The translations under genes and the position numbers were made by a program. From contig JBHGNT010000013.1 of assembly GCA_043228905.1 (NCBI GenBank), positions 10,974,001 to 11,038,000 on the forward strand: DNA of 64,000 bases. The letters are read 5' to 3'. Below are positions 1 to 13,359 of this stretch, piece after piece. Each line of letters opens with the position of its first letter. Position 1 is the first letter of the stretch. The notes under the pieces are model-generated. The model worked only from the letters and a program-made list of their open reading frames with translations, was not told the DNA's origin and did not search any database. Source of the DNA: Azolla caroliniana (lineage: Eukaryota; Plantae; Polypodiophyta).

Positions 1-3000
1 CGTAAAATGACGTCAGGCTTTCTACTACCTGGCCGAGAAAGTGTCCTCCTTGGTCACTTATAAGCTGGATCGGGCATCCATACCGGCACCATATGCACTC
101 GTACAGGAACTTTGCCGTGGAAGCGGCCGTGTTGTCCCGTAAGGCCTTCGCTTCCACCCATTTGGTGCAATAGTCGGTCGCCACTATGACATACCAATTT
201 CCGGTTTGCATTGCCGGTGGCTTGAAGGGACCGACAAAGTCCAAACCCCACTTTTGAAATGGTTCCAATGGCAAGACCGGGTGGTGTGGCATCCGAGCCT
301 GCTCCGTGGGTTGGCCCAGTCGTTGACACAAATCGCATTCTCTGCTATACTTCACGGCATCTTTTAGGGTGGTGGGCCACCACAGTCCGTTCTGCCATAT
401 TTTCCGAGCGGTTGCATCGCCGGCATAATGCCCGCCGGCAATTCCACAGTGGGCTTCCCTGAGGATTAGATCCTTCTCATCGCTCCGCACTGCTCGTCTC
501 CAGATGCCATCTGCCCCCTTGTGATAGAGGGTGTCTCCAACCAAGCAGAAATGTCTGCTTCTTACTGCTACCCTTTTCCTTTCATCGCGGTCCATGTTCT
601 CCGGGGGTACTCCGGTGCTCAGGAACTGATGCATCTCGGTTAGCCACTTGTCTTCATCGGCTACCATTGCATCCGTTTCCAGTTCCGTCGTGATCCGGAA
701 CAACTCAGCGTCGGGGAACTCATCCTGTACGCCGTTCCCTGCTTCTCCGGATTCGAGTCTACTTAGGTGGTCCGCTACCGCATGCTGCGCCCCGGGTCGG
801 TGGAAAATGTCGAATTCAAATTCCTATAACAACAATGTCCATCGTGCAATTTTTCCCGTCAGGGATGCCTTCGAGACCAGGTAGAGTAGTGCCGAATGGT
901 CGACATGGAAGGAAAACTTCCTTCCGAGCAGATAGTGCCTGTACTTTGTGACACTATACACCATTCCTAATGCCTCTCGTTCTGTCGTAGAGTAGTTCCG
1001 TTCGGCTTTTGAGAGTTTCCGGCTTGCGTAGTACACCGGCCGGTACCATTTCGGCTCCGTGAGTTGCATCAGAACGCTGCCGATTGCTACGTCCGACGCG
1101 TCGACGAAGACGTGAAAGCTTTTACTCCAATCCGGCGGTTGCACCACCGGAGCTTGCGACAGCATAACCTTCAGCGCTTGGTAGGCTTTCTCCTCCGTCT
1201 CCGCCCATAGGAAGGGTACCCTGTGTACGACGGCATGCAATGGTGTAGCGAAGTCTGCGAGGTGCCGTATCATCCGGCTATGCCACCTTATTTGGCCCAG
1301 GAACCGGCTTAAAGCCTTTGCGTTATTTGGTGCCGCTGCCTCGAGAATCGCCTTTACTTTATCCGGATCTACCGCGATTCCTTCCTTACTGACCACGTGC
1401 CCTAGCAAGTTGCCGTTTGCCACTCCAAAGACGCACTTGGCCGGGTTCAGACTCAACCGGTACTCGCGACACTTCTCTAAGCACAGCCGGAGGTGATCGA
1501 GTTGCTCTCCGTGCCGGCTGTAGACCGCGAAATCGTCAAGGAAGACCTGCATAAAACCGGGGATATATTCCCCGAAAATTTCCATTATTATCCTTTGAAA
1601 GGTCGTTGGGGCCGTCTTTAGTCCGAACATCATCACGACCGCGACGAACACTCCCCATTCTGTAACGAACGCTATCTTCTCCTGGTCGGCCGGATTCATT
1701 CGTATTTGGTTGTAACCGCTAAATCCATCCAGGAAGCTGTAAACTTCGTGGCCGGCTACCGCATCTAACACCCCGTCCGTAAATGGTAGTGGAAACGCAT
1801 CGGTCACCGTTGCGGCATTTAGTTTCCGGTAGTCCACACATACCCGGATTTTGCCGTTCTTTTTCGGGACCACCACTATCGGACTCAGCCAGGTTGCCTG
1901 CTTGACCGGTCGGATAAATCCGACCCGGAGGAGCTTATCAATCTCCTCCACCTTCGCCGCATAATTCGGATTCATCCGGTACTTGCGTTGAGCGATCGGT
2001 TTCGCGTCCGTACTTAGGTGAATTTGGTGCTGATAGAGCTGGGGGTCCAGCCCTCGCATGTCTTCGTATGACCACGCGAACACATCCTTGAAGTCTGTTA
2101 ATAATGCTACCATTGCCTTCTTTTCTTCCTTCGGCAATTCCTTTGTGACATTTACCGGTCGGGGCTTGTCTGTTGTGCCGAGGTCCACCTCCTCTAGTTG
2201 GGATGCTTTTACCCTCTGGGATATCGTCATCTCCCTCTCTAGGGATTCCTGCGCTTGTCGCAGTTCCCGGATCGCCGCTTGGTCTGGTTCGTCCGGCGTC
2301 GTGATGTACGGTTCTACTGCCGCCGTGATATCCACCTCAAATAGTGGGACGATTCGTGGGTGTTCCTCGAGGTACCGATCGACTTCCTCGTCCGGTAATC
2401 CCTCCAACATGTTGATGCTTTCCGCATACAATGGAGTTGCTTCCTTACTGGCGATCACCCGTGGTTGCGTCGTTACTCGTACCTTTGTTTTCCCTCGCCG
2501 GAATGTGATCATGTTCTTTTGCCAATTCTGCTTGATATGCACCGTTCGCAGCCATGGTCGTCCTAGCAGTAGGGGGTACGCGCCTTGTACATTCAGCTGC
2601 AGCACCACGGCCGATATCCGGAATACGTGGCCTCCGATCGTTATTTCCAAATCCCGGATAAGCCCGGTCGTTTGGACTGAGCTGGTATCCCCCATGCGTA
2701 ACCAGAAGGGGCATGGTTCCCATTCCCGGATGCCCAGGTTGTCGCATGTCTGTCGGCTGATGACATTTACCCCGGAGCCTCCGTCAATAATTGTTTCGGC
2801 AATTTCCTTTCCTTTCACGATTGCCGTGATCGCCGGGCTACTTGTATCGACCACAGCTGGTCCTTCCTCCGGGTTGGAGAAGAATGCCGGTGTTGGCGTC
2901 GGCTTCGGTTTGCTCACGGATGCCTGTAAGTCTGCCGTAAACCGTGGCACCAACTGTAGTAGCCGTGCTAACGGCAGCACGATTTGACAGTCCTGGAGCG

Positions 3001-3052
3001 CTTGCCACGTCGGGTTTTCTCCTGGCTGTATGATTTCTTCGTCTTTTGGCAT
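1..3052 (-). pseudogene. pol: pol of element A (protease, RT, RNase H, start of integrase), with in-frame stop at ~824
   Basis: ORF 824-3052: IIDGGSGVN (PR), VCVDYRKLN and FLDDF (RT), FVDASD...NYSTTEREAL (RH); integrase N-terminal similarity continues below 824. Confidence 0.92.
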
Positions 3053-3079
3053 ATTTTGGTCTCTTACTTCTGCCGCATT

Positions 3080-5037
3080 CTATTCATTGGTCTTCTTGAT
3101 CCATTGCGCCGCTTGTTTTCTGATTGCCTCCTGGGCTTCCCACTCGGCGGCCTTCCCCTTTGACCGGGTTGTGACCTGCTGCACTTCCGTTATTTCGGCT
3201 GTAACCATGTTGACTGCCGGCTGCTTGTCATTGGTTTTGCTTGGGCATTGGTTACTATAATGGCCCTCCTTACGACAGTAATAACAGTACACCTTGTGAC
3301 TGTTGCTCGTTTCTCCTTTGTCCCCGGTTTGGGGGGTGGGTATACTTCGGTGGTCGTCTTCGGTTTTTCGGTTATCTGGTACCGATACCGGGTTGTCATT
3401 CCTTGGTGCCTCCCGACATTCCTCTCTTCGGAAAAATCCACGCTTCTGATTCCGTCGGAAATTCCGGTTCCCTTGTCGCCTCTCTTCTCTGCGTCGTTCG
3501 TATTCCGGGGATTCGTCTCGGTCGTACCGGTCCCGGGGGTAGCTATCTCTGCGTTTCTCCTCTCGGTCATAGTTATCGCGTCTTCTATCAGCGTATCTGT
3601 TACCGCGTTCGCGTTGGTAGTGGTCGTCTGTCCGGAATCGATCGTCATCCGGGTCCTGATTGCGCGGTTCTGTGTCGAACCGGTGCCGCCTGCCGATTTA
3701 ACAGGTTATATTCGCATCGGTCCGTTGTATGGGCTCGAGAGTTGCAGATCATACATTGTGTCTGCAGGTTGCAGTCTACCGTTGAGTGGCCCGAATTTAG
3801 GCATGTTGTGCATTGTAAGGCCTGTCGGAACCTTAGGTCTTCCTCCTTCGGGAGTGCCCGGTGTAACATCCCCATCGACAAGAAGGAGCTAGTCTTGTCC
3901 ATTTCTAAGACCCGATCAATAACTTGGTCCATTGTGCTGGTGCGAAAATCAAGGACTCCGCACATCGTTCGAAGTGGCTCTTTTAGCGCGGCCAAAAAGA
4001 CTGCTTTGGCTTCGTCTTCGGGTGGTGCTCTCGTCAGTTGGCTGTGCAGGGTCTGAAACCGAATGATGAATTGTGGCACAGTCTCGTTCTCTTCCTGCTG
4101 GGTGGTGTAGAACTGCCCGACCAATTCCCTTTGCTCTAACTTGTCTGTGAAAAAGCCTGAGGAATTTGGCCTTCAAGGCATCGAATGTGGCAAAGCTGCC
4201 CGGTAAGTGCTTTGCGTGCCATCGGGCCGCCGGTCCTTCTAAGGTCATGCCGAATTCGGCGACTTTGGATCGTTCGGCTTCGGGCTCCGTCAGTCTTTGG
4301 GAAACATGGTTGGCTTCCCATGTTTGGAGGAATGCGTACACGTGTGCCTCCGCGTTGGGCTCATCTCGGTACTTTGGGTATGGGTACGGCATCGTGTCGT
4401 CCAACTGACTCTCCTGCTCTCTCTGCTCTCTGTCCGCTGTTGGCGTCGGTGTGAGAACCTTCGGTTCCTCCACGGTTGGTGTCGGTATCCGCTCCTTCAG
4501 TTCCTTCGCGGCTGTTGTCGGTATCCGCTCCTTCAGTTCCTCCGCGGTTGTTGTCGGTGTCCGGTCCTTCGGTTCCTTCGCGGGTGTTGTCGGTATCCGG
4601 TCAGCCTCCCTCGGCGATTGCCGGTCACCGAACTTCAAGGTTATTTCTTCCTCTGGCTCCGGTGTTACTGAGTCTTCCGACTCCTCTTCCCCCGGGTCGT
4701 TTGGTGTGTCGTGGCTGCTTTTATACCGGGACGCAACGCTTCCGTCGCTTTCCGACTCCGCATCGAGTGTTGCGAATGCTTCCGAGTCCCCGTTGCCACC
4801 GGCGAGCGTCTGTAGTATCGTTTCCGCCTCTTGCAGGCTTGTTATGCTACTGCCTTCGTCGGGGACTTGCAGAACCCGGAACTGCAGTGCTTCTTCTGCG
4901 ACTCTCCGAAGAGTTCTGGAGAATGACCGATCTCGCCGGATCTCGTCGACGGCTTGCTGCAGGGCTTCCCGTCGTTGCTCTCGTTCGGTGTATCGTCTCC
5001 CTCGTTCGGTGATGTGGTCGTCGTTTGTTCTAGACAT
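3080..5037 (-). pseudogene. gag: gag of element A, split across ORFs by frameshifts and a stop
   Basis: ORFs 3949-5121, 3645-4124 and 3080-3292: retrotransposon-gag core (LEGPAARWH...KFLRLF), Cys/His knuckles CTTCLNSGH and CYYCRKEGHYSNQC. Confidence 0.85.
4437..4600. repeat. 39-bp (13-aa) tandem repeat, ~4 copies, in the gag N-terminus of A
   Basis: Repeated gttgtcggtatccgctccttcagttcc.. units; protein TTAEELKERIPTTAAKELKERIPT. Confidence 0.85.
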
Positions 5038-5073
5038 CCATCCCCCGGTTGTCCTCTGCACTTTGCAGGAATC

Positions 5074-5083
5074 GTGGTCGCCA
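5074..5083 (-). promoter_or_regulatory. Primer-binding site of A (tRNA-Arg, UCG-type 3' end)
   Basis: Minus strand TGGCGACCAC, 6 nt inside the LTR boundary; complementary to the ...GUGGUCGCCA tRNA-Arg end as I recall it. Confidence 0.7.
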
Positions 5084-5089
5084 AAATAG

Positions 5090-5478
5090 TGTTGTATGCT
5101 TGGCCGGACTAGCCTCAACACAGGTGTCTATCTGACACTTCTCCAAAGGGGTGGTAAGGATTGGATGCTAGGTTACACGCGTAAGATGATTACACTAAGC
5201 ACAGACAGTAAAACAATACAAAGACAACGATAAACACGCAATAAGTATAATTGTATTACTTCCGTAAAGCATTTACAAATCATCGGATCCTTTTATAGGC
5301 ATCCAACATGGTTACAATCGGTGCGCTTAGGCAACCGGCATCCGAATCGGTCCGGATCCGGATCGGTACCACTGTACCGGATCCGTCCCTCCGAATAATA
5401 AATATACTATTATTTACTTCCTATTATTTGATCCGACTCCGCCTTCCCACTTGTCCTTGCTCTTCTGACCGGCCAACA
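5090..5478 (-). repeat. 5' LTR of element A
   Basis: TGTTG...CAACA termini, minus-strand TATAAAA near 5295, clear similarity to the LTR at 48876-49308. Confidence 0.8.
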
Positions 5479-6901
5479 ATGATCAACAGTTACACCGCCT
5501 TTTGTTGATGTGGATCCTTAAGCCACCTCAAGCTCCTTTCCTTGACCGATGAACTAAACCATCCTTGACCATTTTCCTCCATGCTTGCCCAAGACGTTAT
5601 GAAGCTAAAGAAGGTTCCAACATAGAAAACATAAGAAGATGAAGAAGAAGAGGTAGTTCAAACTCCACCCTCATCCTCACCCTTACCCTATGACCTAAAG
5701 TAAGAAGAAGAATCTCACCAACCCCTAAAATCCCAAAAAGAAGAAGGAAATACTCACAACCCTAAACTCAAGAACGATCCACTCCCAAAACCAAAAACGA
5801 GCGATCCAAAATAAACCCTCTTCTCCTCTTTTTATAGAAAATTATGTTAAAATTTTAACTACATCTTTTCCATCTAAAAATCAAAAGTTTAGTTTTTTCA
5901 TGCACTAATGATGATTCAAAATCTCAATCAAAAGTTTAGTTTTTTTATGCACTAATGAAGATTCAAACTCTCCACCTCTTTCCGTGCAATCTATAGGTTC
6001 ACCATTTGGTTATAAACCTTTCCTTTTAATTTTATATTTACATATTCATATTTTTGTAGGTATCCTCTCTATTTTATACCTTTGAACCCACACCATCACA
6101 ACATCCACACCCACGAAACCGGCACATCCTTCGATATGTGCCCAAGATGGTGGGGCTGAAGGTAATCACCATTTGTTTCCCTCATTGTTTGAGTTGTTTA
6201 TCTTTATTTTGTCATCTCCAAAATATCCATTCTTCCCACTAGAACCAACTTCTGCAGGGATCCTCTTTACCCGATTTTCAATATTTTATACCATTGGACC
6301 CAAAACATCATGCTATCCACCCCACCAAACTAGCACATCCTTGAGTTCGATCTCACTAGATCGACGACTCTGCAAAAAACCAAGTGTTGTCGTTTCTTGC
6401 TTTCCTTTCGTTCAATGTGTATTTCCGTCTTGTGAGAAAAAGGTAGGCTCAAGGTTGTGGTCTTGATGAAAATGAAATTCCACTACTGGGCCAAGGAAGA
6501 GAAAATTGTACACACACTCATATAGTGACTTGTTTTGGAGTTAGTGGGCTCTCATTGTTTTCCTAGTTTAGGGTTTTCCACATTAAAACTATGTCCTTGT
6601 GCTTTCCTTTTTTTTTGTTTTTCGTTCTTGCTTGTTTGTTGGCTGAGTATATCCTTGCTTAATAGAGCTAGACCCGACAATTGGTTGAGTTCGAACCCAT
6701 ATTTCACATTATATACCATAAGGTCACGAGTTCAAATCCTATTCAAGGACATATCATGACACTATCTCCCTCTTCAAATGACAAGTATTACGAGCCATCT
6801 TTAGTTGAAGATTTGTGATTTGTCTGGGTATTGTTGATCAAAGTGTCTGTCCTCAACAAGTTGTATTAGTTGCATTCGCTGCCGGTTCCCAAGTGCGAGT
6901 G

Positions 6902-7126
6902 TGTTATCGGCATTGGTAAGCACGTTGCCTAACCCTTAGTCCTTTGAGGTTCGGCTCAAGAAGATTATGGTTTAGAGAATGGATAGTTTGCTCAGCCACA
7001 TTCGTAACACTCTATTCTTTCCTACGACTGCCACTATTTCCTCATGATTATGCTACGGTCCGTAACCCTCCCTACATCTTTCCTTTCCTTCGCGTTTTCC
7101 CACTTGGTCGACCAAGGCGACCAACA
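6902..7126 (-). repeat. 3' LTR of B (internally deleted relative to the 5' LTR)
   Basis: tgttatcggc...ttgaggtt..ctcaagaagattatgg matches 21619-21708; cgtaacactctattc...aaggcgaccaaca matches 44339-44463. Confidence 0.8.
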
Positions 7127-9385
7127 CATGGCACACTTGTGGGACAATGCTAGCACGGTTGGACCCACCCCAACCCTTTACTCATCGTAAAAAATGTCCA
7201 AGATGTTCGGCTCTGGATGGTTGGTCTCGATAGGCGTGACAGGGGTTATAGGAGGTTGCATTGTCACGTGGCGCATGGCGCGTGACACACGTGCCAAACG
7301 TCATAATGTGCACGTCACAAGCGCAGACAAGCACCGGGCCTCTATTCGCTAGTGGTTATGGAGGATTGATGATGGGATTTCCGCGCCTATAGGTCGGTTG
7401 AACGGGACCACCGAGGTGTTTGACCGGGGAGAATGAATCGAGTGAGTTGTGCTGGTAAGGAATTGACCATTTAGGTTTATCGTTGAGTCGTCCTTTGTTG
7501 TCAATAGGCCCGATCGCTTCTGCGGGTGCGGGATTAGGGAGTCCACTCAGTTCTGTGGGCGTGGGGTCGTGGAGGTCGTTGAGTCCCATCTACTCCGGTG
7601 CTGCCTCTTGCGATTGTGTCGGATGTGGTCCTTCGTCTGTGGGGATGGTGGTCGGCGCTTGTTCTGCGCGCACGTCTTCAGATGGGCCCGTAGTCCTTGT
7701 ATCGGCTCCTCGTGTGGGACATCTGTCATTGCCCCTTTAGTAGTGACTTCCGTGGCGTGGATAGAATCCATCGGCGTGGACTCTAGTGAGTGCGGTGTCG
7801 TGGTGACCTCCAAGACTTCATCTTCTGGTCGCAGAGGTTCCTCGATTGCGTGTTCTCCAGAATCGCTGTCTGGAAGTACGATGGCAACCACCCATTTTTT
7901 TCTTCCGCCTTCTTTTGCTCTGCGTCGATCGACTGGAGTTGGAGAGAGGTGTCTATCTGGATGTGTCCAAACTCCTCAAGTAGTTGCGTGATCTCCTCGA
8001 AGTGGCGGTCGGCCAAGTTTTGATAATCTTGTGTAAGGTCCTCGCAGACCGTAGCAATGCTTTCCTTGTTTAGCTTGTAGAAGCCCTTTTCGTCTTTTTG
8101 CTGATTCTCCTGATCAGTCAAGTATGTGTGGAGTTCCGTGGCCTGCTTCGCCCATCCGACCCATCATCTGTTTAGTGCCGCTTGAAGTTGTCCCGCGAAG
8201 TGTTCCCGCTTTGTTTGGAGGAGGACCTTAATGCGTTCAATACTCATTTGCTTGCTTGCCTGTAAGTTCTCAAGAACCTTCTTGAGGTTCGAAATTTTTC
8301 ATGCATTGACAAGTGTGGTTTCTTTGGAAATTTTACCCCCTTCCACAATTTCGACTTCTTCTCATGGAGTTCTTTGATTCGGCCCATTTCATTGTTCAAG
8401 CGGATTTCGACTTCTCAGGTCATCTGCCGTTTGATTTTGAGTTGTTTGTCATACCACATTTGCTTCTTCTGCGTGGCCTCTCGTAGCGCTGTGATGATCC
8501 CTTCGGATTTTGCTACCTCTTTGCGTTGCTTTGTGAGCTCAGCGGTCGTCTGTATGTGAACCGTGATGTTGGCGTCCAACTTGTCTTGGAGCGCTTTTAT
8601 GGCCTTTCGTCCTTTTTTCTGAATGTCCGACTCCCTATCCGACGATTGTCGGAGCTCGGAGCGGAGTCACTTAATTTCCATTTCAGCGAGATCTGTTGCT
8701 CATTTAGCTTTGGCCGCTATCACCGTTTGGGCTTTGACTTCTCCTGTAGCTTCTGAAGTCCCGGTGCGTGGGAGTCAGAGGTGGGGGTTGGTTCCGTCCG
8801 TTTTTGTAAGCCGCGTTCAAGTTCCACAATCTTTTGTTGCGCCTTTTCTAACTGTTGCTGTGCCGCATATATGGCTTTCTAGCTAGCTTTGTTCTTCTCT
8901 GCCATATCCTTTGCGCCAATAGAGACCGAGGCGACCTCCCTATGCACTTTGACCAACATTGTGTTCAAGGGGGGAAGCTCGACGCCAACTCTTCGGATGC
9001 CAGTGTTCCTTTTCCTACCAACTTTGGCCAAAAGGGCCTTCGTCATTGCTTTCGGTTGTGTACGTTAGTGAGTGCTCTATCATCTGACATTCGGCTTGTT
9101 CCTCCCATGCGCTGCGACACCTTTATCTGTTGTGTGGCTAGGAACTCCATCAGTTCGAAGTTGGTGCCAAATTGTAACAGGGCCGCGAACTCGTGGGCCG
9201 TGTCCGGAATGTCCGGTTAGGACAACACTTCTTTCTCGGATGTGAACACACCCTTGCCCTGCTCCGAGTTTCCGGTCAAGATCGGCCGCGACTCTAATGT
9301 TGATACGACTTCAATTGTGGTTGGGGCTCGGGTTGCGGAGCCGTGTCTTTGACTAATCCATGACCATCTTTTCGATCCAGCCTTC

Positions 9386-9968
9386 TGTAGAGAATATGCG
9401 GAATAATCTTCAGCCACAACCGAGACTTAGATCACTTAATGATAATCAAACACAGTACAAATGGAGAAATGGAAGTAAGTACACAAACAGAAGAGAATGC
9501 ATAGGATGTTAACGTGGAAAACCCTAAACGCGAAAAAACCACGGGAGCGCACCGACTCCGAACTATCACTATGTAAGGAGAATACAACAAGGGAGCACAG
9601 AGGCAACGACCTCGTGCTCACAGTCTTCGCCTGGCGGCGGTTACAACAGAGATTCACTCTGGCTCTCTGTCTCTCTCTTTCCCTCTGCTACACTCTGTAC
9701 AACAGTTACACCAATAACTCTATACAACCAATAATGACAACACATTGATACACACAGAGTTTGCCCTAGGTCATATTTATCTAATATGACTTTCGGGCTA
9801 TTTACAAATATAGCCCCAATGGGCTCTCTGGAACATATTTACATATATGTCCCTTCATTCGGTGAGAGGTTCTCACCGGGCATGCAACATCCGGTTCTCA
9901 CCGGGTCTGCATCATCTGGTTCTCACCGGGCCTTCATCATCCCATCCGGAGGGACCGAGATCCTAACA
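9386..9968 (-). repeat. 3' LTR of the copia element
   Basis: TGTAG...TAACA, highly similar to 13360-13950; PPT (gaagggggagtt on minus) at 9969-9980. Confidence 0.93.
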
Positions 9969-10232
9969 AACTCCCCCTTCACTCCGGCATGGGATGCCTC
10001 GTTAGTCCGATCCGCTTCCGGCATGCGTCCAACTTGTCGGGTGTCAGCACCTTGGTCAGCATATCTGACCCATTCTCCTCCGTGTGGAACTTCGTCAGCA
10101 CGAACTCTTGATCTTCCACTCGCTCCCGAATCTAGTGGTACCTCCGCTGGATGTGCTTCATCCTGGAATGATACGCTGCGTTCTTCGCAAGGTGGATGGC
10201 ACTTTGACTGTTGCAATAGAGCCGGTATTCCT

Positions 10233-10825
10233 TGTTGGGAGACAAGTCCCTCCGGATGGGAAGGGAGAAGAATAGTGCTGATGAACAAACTCGGCCGAGG
10301 CCGAAATCGGATGAGGAGTACCCGGCTAGAGAGAGCCGGATGGTGCAGACCCGGTGAGGAGTGCTCACCGGTTGAAGAGACATATTCGTAAATATGTTTT
10401 TGAGAGTCCATCATGGCTATATTTGTAAATAGTTGAAAAGTCATATTAGGATAAATATGACTTAGGGCAAACTTTTAGTTGTTGTTGTCATTCTTGTTGG
10501 TGAAAGGATAGAGAGAGCGCGTAAATGTGTATAGAGAGTGAGAGAGAGAAAGAGGTCGTTGCCTCTGTTGTAACCGCTGCCTGTGGCGAAGATCGTGAGC
10601 ACGAGGTCGTTGCCTCCGTGAACTCACTATTGTACATTCTAACATAGTGATAGTTTGCAGCCTGTGGGCTGCGATGGTTTTTTCCCTTAGTTTGGGTTTT
10701 TCCACGTAAACATCCTGCGTACTTTTCTCTTCTTCGTGTCGTGCATTTATTTCCCGTTTTCTATGTATGATTCTAAGCTCGGTTGTGGCCGAGCGTTGCG
10801 TATAGGGAGTGTGCAGTTCCTGTCA
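10233..10825 (+). mobile_element. Solo LTR of a related copia family inserted antisense into the RNase H region
   Basis: TG...CA termini, exact 5-bp TSD ttcct (10228-10232 and 10826-10830), reverse-complement similarity to the host LTRs; removing it restores IRQEE-YRLYC. Confidence 0.9.
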
Positions 10826-13344
10826 TTCCTCTTGCCGGATCCCTAGCTCTTCGATGAAGTCCTTCATCCATAGTATTTCCTTGCCGGCTTCCACAACTGC
10901 CATTTACTCCGCTTCCGTGGTTGATAGTGCAATTGTCTTCTGCAGCCTCGACTGCCATGAAATAGCTCCCCCCGCGTATGTCATGATGTATCCGAATGTG
11001 GACCGGCTGGTATCCGCATCAGCCGACATATCCAAATCGGTGAAACCGTCGAGTTGGGGTCTCTTCTTCAACCGGAAAACCAAGTGCTCCTTCCCTTTCT
11101 TCACAAATCCCTCCGGTTGCTGCATGTAGATCTCCTCTTCGAGGTCGCCGTGGAGGAACGCCGTCTTCACGTCTAACTGCTCTACCTCGAGGTCCATGCT
11201 CGCCGCTATGCTCAGCACCGTCCGGATGGAAGTCATCTTTATTATCGGGGCAAATATCTCGTCGAAGTCCACTCCCTTCTTCTACTGGAACCCCTTCACC
11301 ACGATCCTGGCTTTGTACCTTGGGGGGTTGCTGGCATCTCCCGGTTTCAACTTGTACACCCACTTATTCCGGAGTTCCCGCTTTCCTTTCGGCAACTCCA
11401 CCAATTCATATGTGTGGTTCTCATGCAGGGAATCCATCTCGTCCTGCATGGAACTCAACCACTTGTGGCTGTGGGTGTCCTCCTTGGCTTCTTCGAAGCT
11501 TTCCGGATCCCCCTCATCGGTCAACAACATGCGCTCTGCATCCGGAAATCTCTAGGGGGCCCTTCTCTCTCTGAGAGGATATTTGCGTCTTTGGTTTTCG
11601 GCAACCGGCTCCTTTGTTTGTTCTTCATCCGAATCCGATTCAGGATCTTGGTCAGTTCCAGTTCCTGCTTCCTCTTCTTTTGCCAGTTCGGCATCCTCAC
11701 CTTAACCGGCTGGTTCTTCAAGTGTCAACCGGCTCTTAGTCGGGTAGGTCCGAATCTCATCGAACCGATCCTTACTGGTCGACTCAGAGTTCATTATCTT
11801 CTTCTCCGACTCCCAGTCAGCAAGGGTCTTGTCATCCATGAAGATAATATCTCGACTCCTGAACACGTTCTTGTCGACGAGGTCCCACACTCGGTAGCTG
11901 AACTCATCATCGCCGTATCCGAGGAATATGCAAGGCTGGGACTTTGGGTCTAACTTTGCTCTCTGGTCCTTTGCCACATGCACGTAAGCGAGACACTCGA
12001 ACACCTTCAGATGCTGGTAAGACACTTCCTTACCTGTCCACACTTTCTACGGCATGTCTCCGTCCAAGGGTACTGAGGGTGATCTGTTTATCACGTACGT
12101 CGCTATCGTCAGCGCCTTAGCCCAAAATGTCTTGGGTAACTTGGCATGTGCTAGCATACTCTGGACCCTCTCCATTATGGTCTGGTTCATCCTCTTGGTC
12201 AGCAAGTTTAGTTCTAGCGTCTTCAGCACGGTAAATTCGAGCCGGATTCCCTTTGAGCGATAGTACTCCCGAAACTAGCCCTGGTATTCGCCTCCGTTAT
12301 CAGCTCGAACCGTCTTCAGCTTCCAGCCGGTTTCTCTTTCCACTCTTGCGTGGAGCTCCTTGAAGACGGATAACACCTGATCCTTCGTCTTCAACGGTGT
12401 GGCCCACAGCTTCCGGTTGTGGTCATCTATGAAAGTCACGAAGTTCTGCGATCCGGCATGTGACTTCGTGTCCACTTGACACACATCGGTATGCACCAGC
12501 TCCAGTGGTGCATTACGTCTCATCGGTGGCCTTGATCAGAAGGAGGTCCGGTTTTGCTTACCGGCCAGGCCGTCGGTACACCTCTCAAGATGCACGTCCT
12601 TCACTGGAATGAGGATGTCATTGGCAAGCCTCCTCATCCCCTTCTCGCTCATGTGACACAGTCTCTTGTGCCACAGCTCACCGATAGTGTCGGATGCCAC
12701 ATTCACTTCTTCCCGGCATAATCGAGCATTCATTAAGTACAGAGTGTTGACTTTCCGGGCCCGAGCCACTATTAGTCCCTTTGGAGAACTTCATGACACC
12801 ATTCTGGATGCTACTTGTGTAGCCTTCATCATCCAGCCGACCGGCTGATATTAGGTTCAGCCGAACCTTCGGAACGTGTCAGACATCCTTCAATAGCAAC
12901 TTGCATCCGGTTGATGTCGTCAACAACACATCTCCTATGCCGATAATTTGGCATGTCCCTTCATTCCCCATCCGGACACAGTTGTGCTCACCGGTTGTGT
13001 AGGATGAGAAGTGTTTCCGGTCCGGGGTCAGGTGGAACGACGCTCCGGAATCGACAACCCACGTTGTCTTGTCGCCGGCAAGGTTCAACTCACTCTCCTC
13101 GGTGATGAGCATGAACTCCTCTTCACTTGTCGATGAAGCACCGGATGTACGCCGTTGTCTTCATGTGCATCACCTCCCACACCGTGGGGTCGATCTTGTC
13201 TGGTCTCTTGTCCCTGAACTGAACTGGCAACTAGAGATCCTTGACCACGAGCATGTCCCTCATCTTTGACTTCCACACTCAGTAGTTGGAGCTGGTGAGC
13301 TTGAACATGCCGCCAAATGAATCTTCCATTTCCTGTGTCATTTC

Positions 13345-13356
13345 GCTCTGATACCA
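13345..13356 (-). promoter_or_regulatory. PBS (tRNA-iMet) of the copia element
   Basis: gctctgatacca on plus = TGGTATCAGAGC, 3 nt from the LTR. Confidence 0.93.
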
Positions 13357-13359
13357 GTT

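Larger units (their letters stand above)
1..5478 (-). mobile_element. Ty3/gypsy LTR retrotransposon A (Athila/Tat 'OTA'-like); 3' part runs off the window start
   Basis: 5' LTR 5090-5478, PBS 5074-5083, gag with CCHC knuckle (CYYCRKEGHYSNQC), then PR, RT, RH and INT in gypsy order on the minus strand. Confidence 0.93.

Noticed and set aside
2058-2987. Long antisense ORFs (also 3241-4056, 59615-60442 and others)
   Set aside because: They are shadows of gag/pol codon structure with no recognisable motifs.
3078-3082. Programmed stop readthrough between gag and pol in A
   Set aside because: Sister element F has CAG (KANEQN) at this position, so the TAG is most likely a C-to-T mutation.
5500-6900. 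Host gene or defined element
   Set aside because: Only short local duplications and a weak copia-LTR-like stretch (~6500-6720); no supportable ORF or boundaries.
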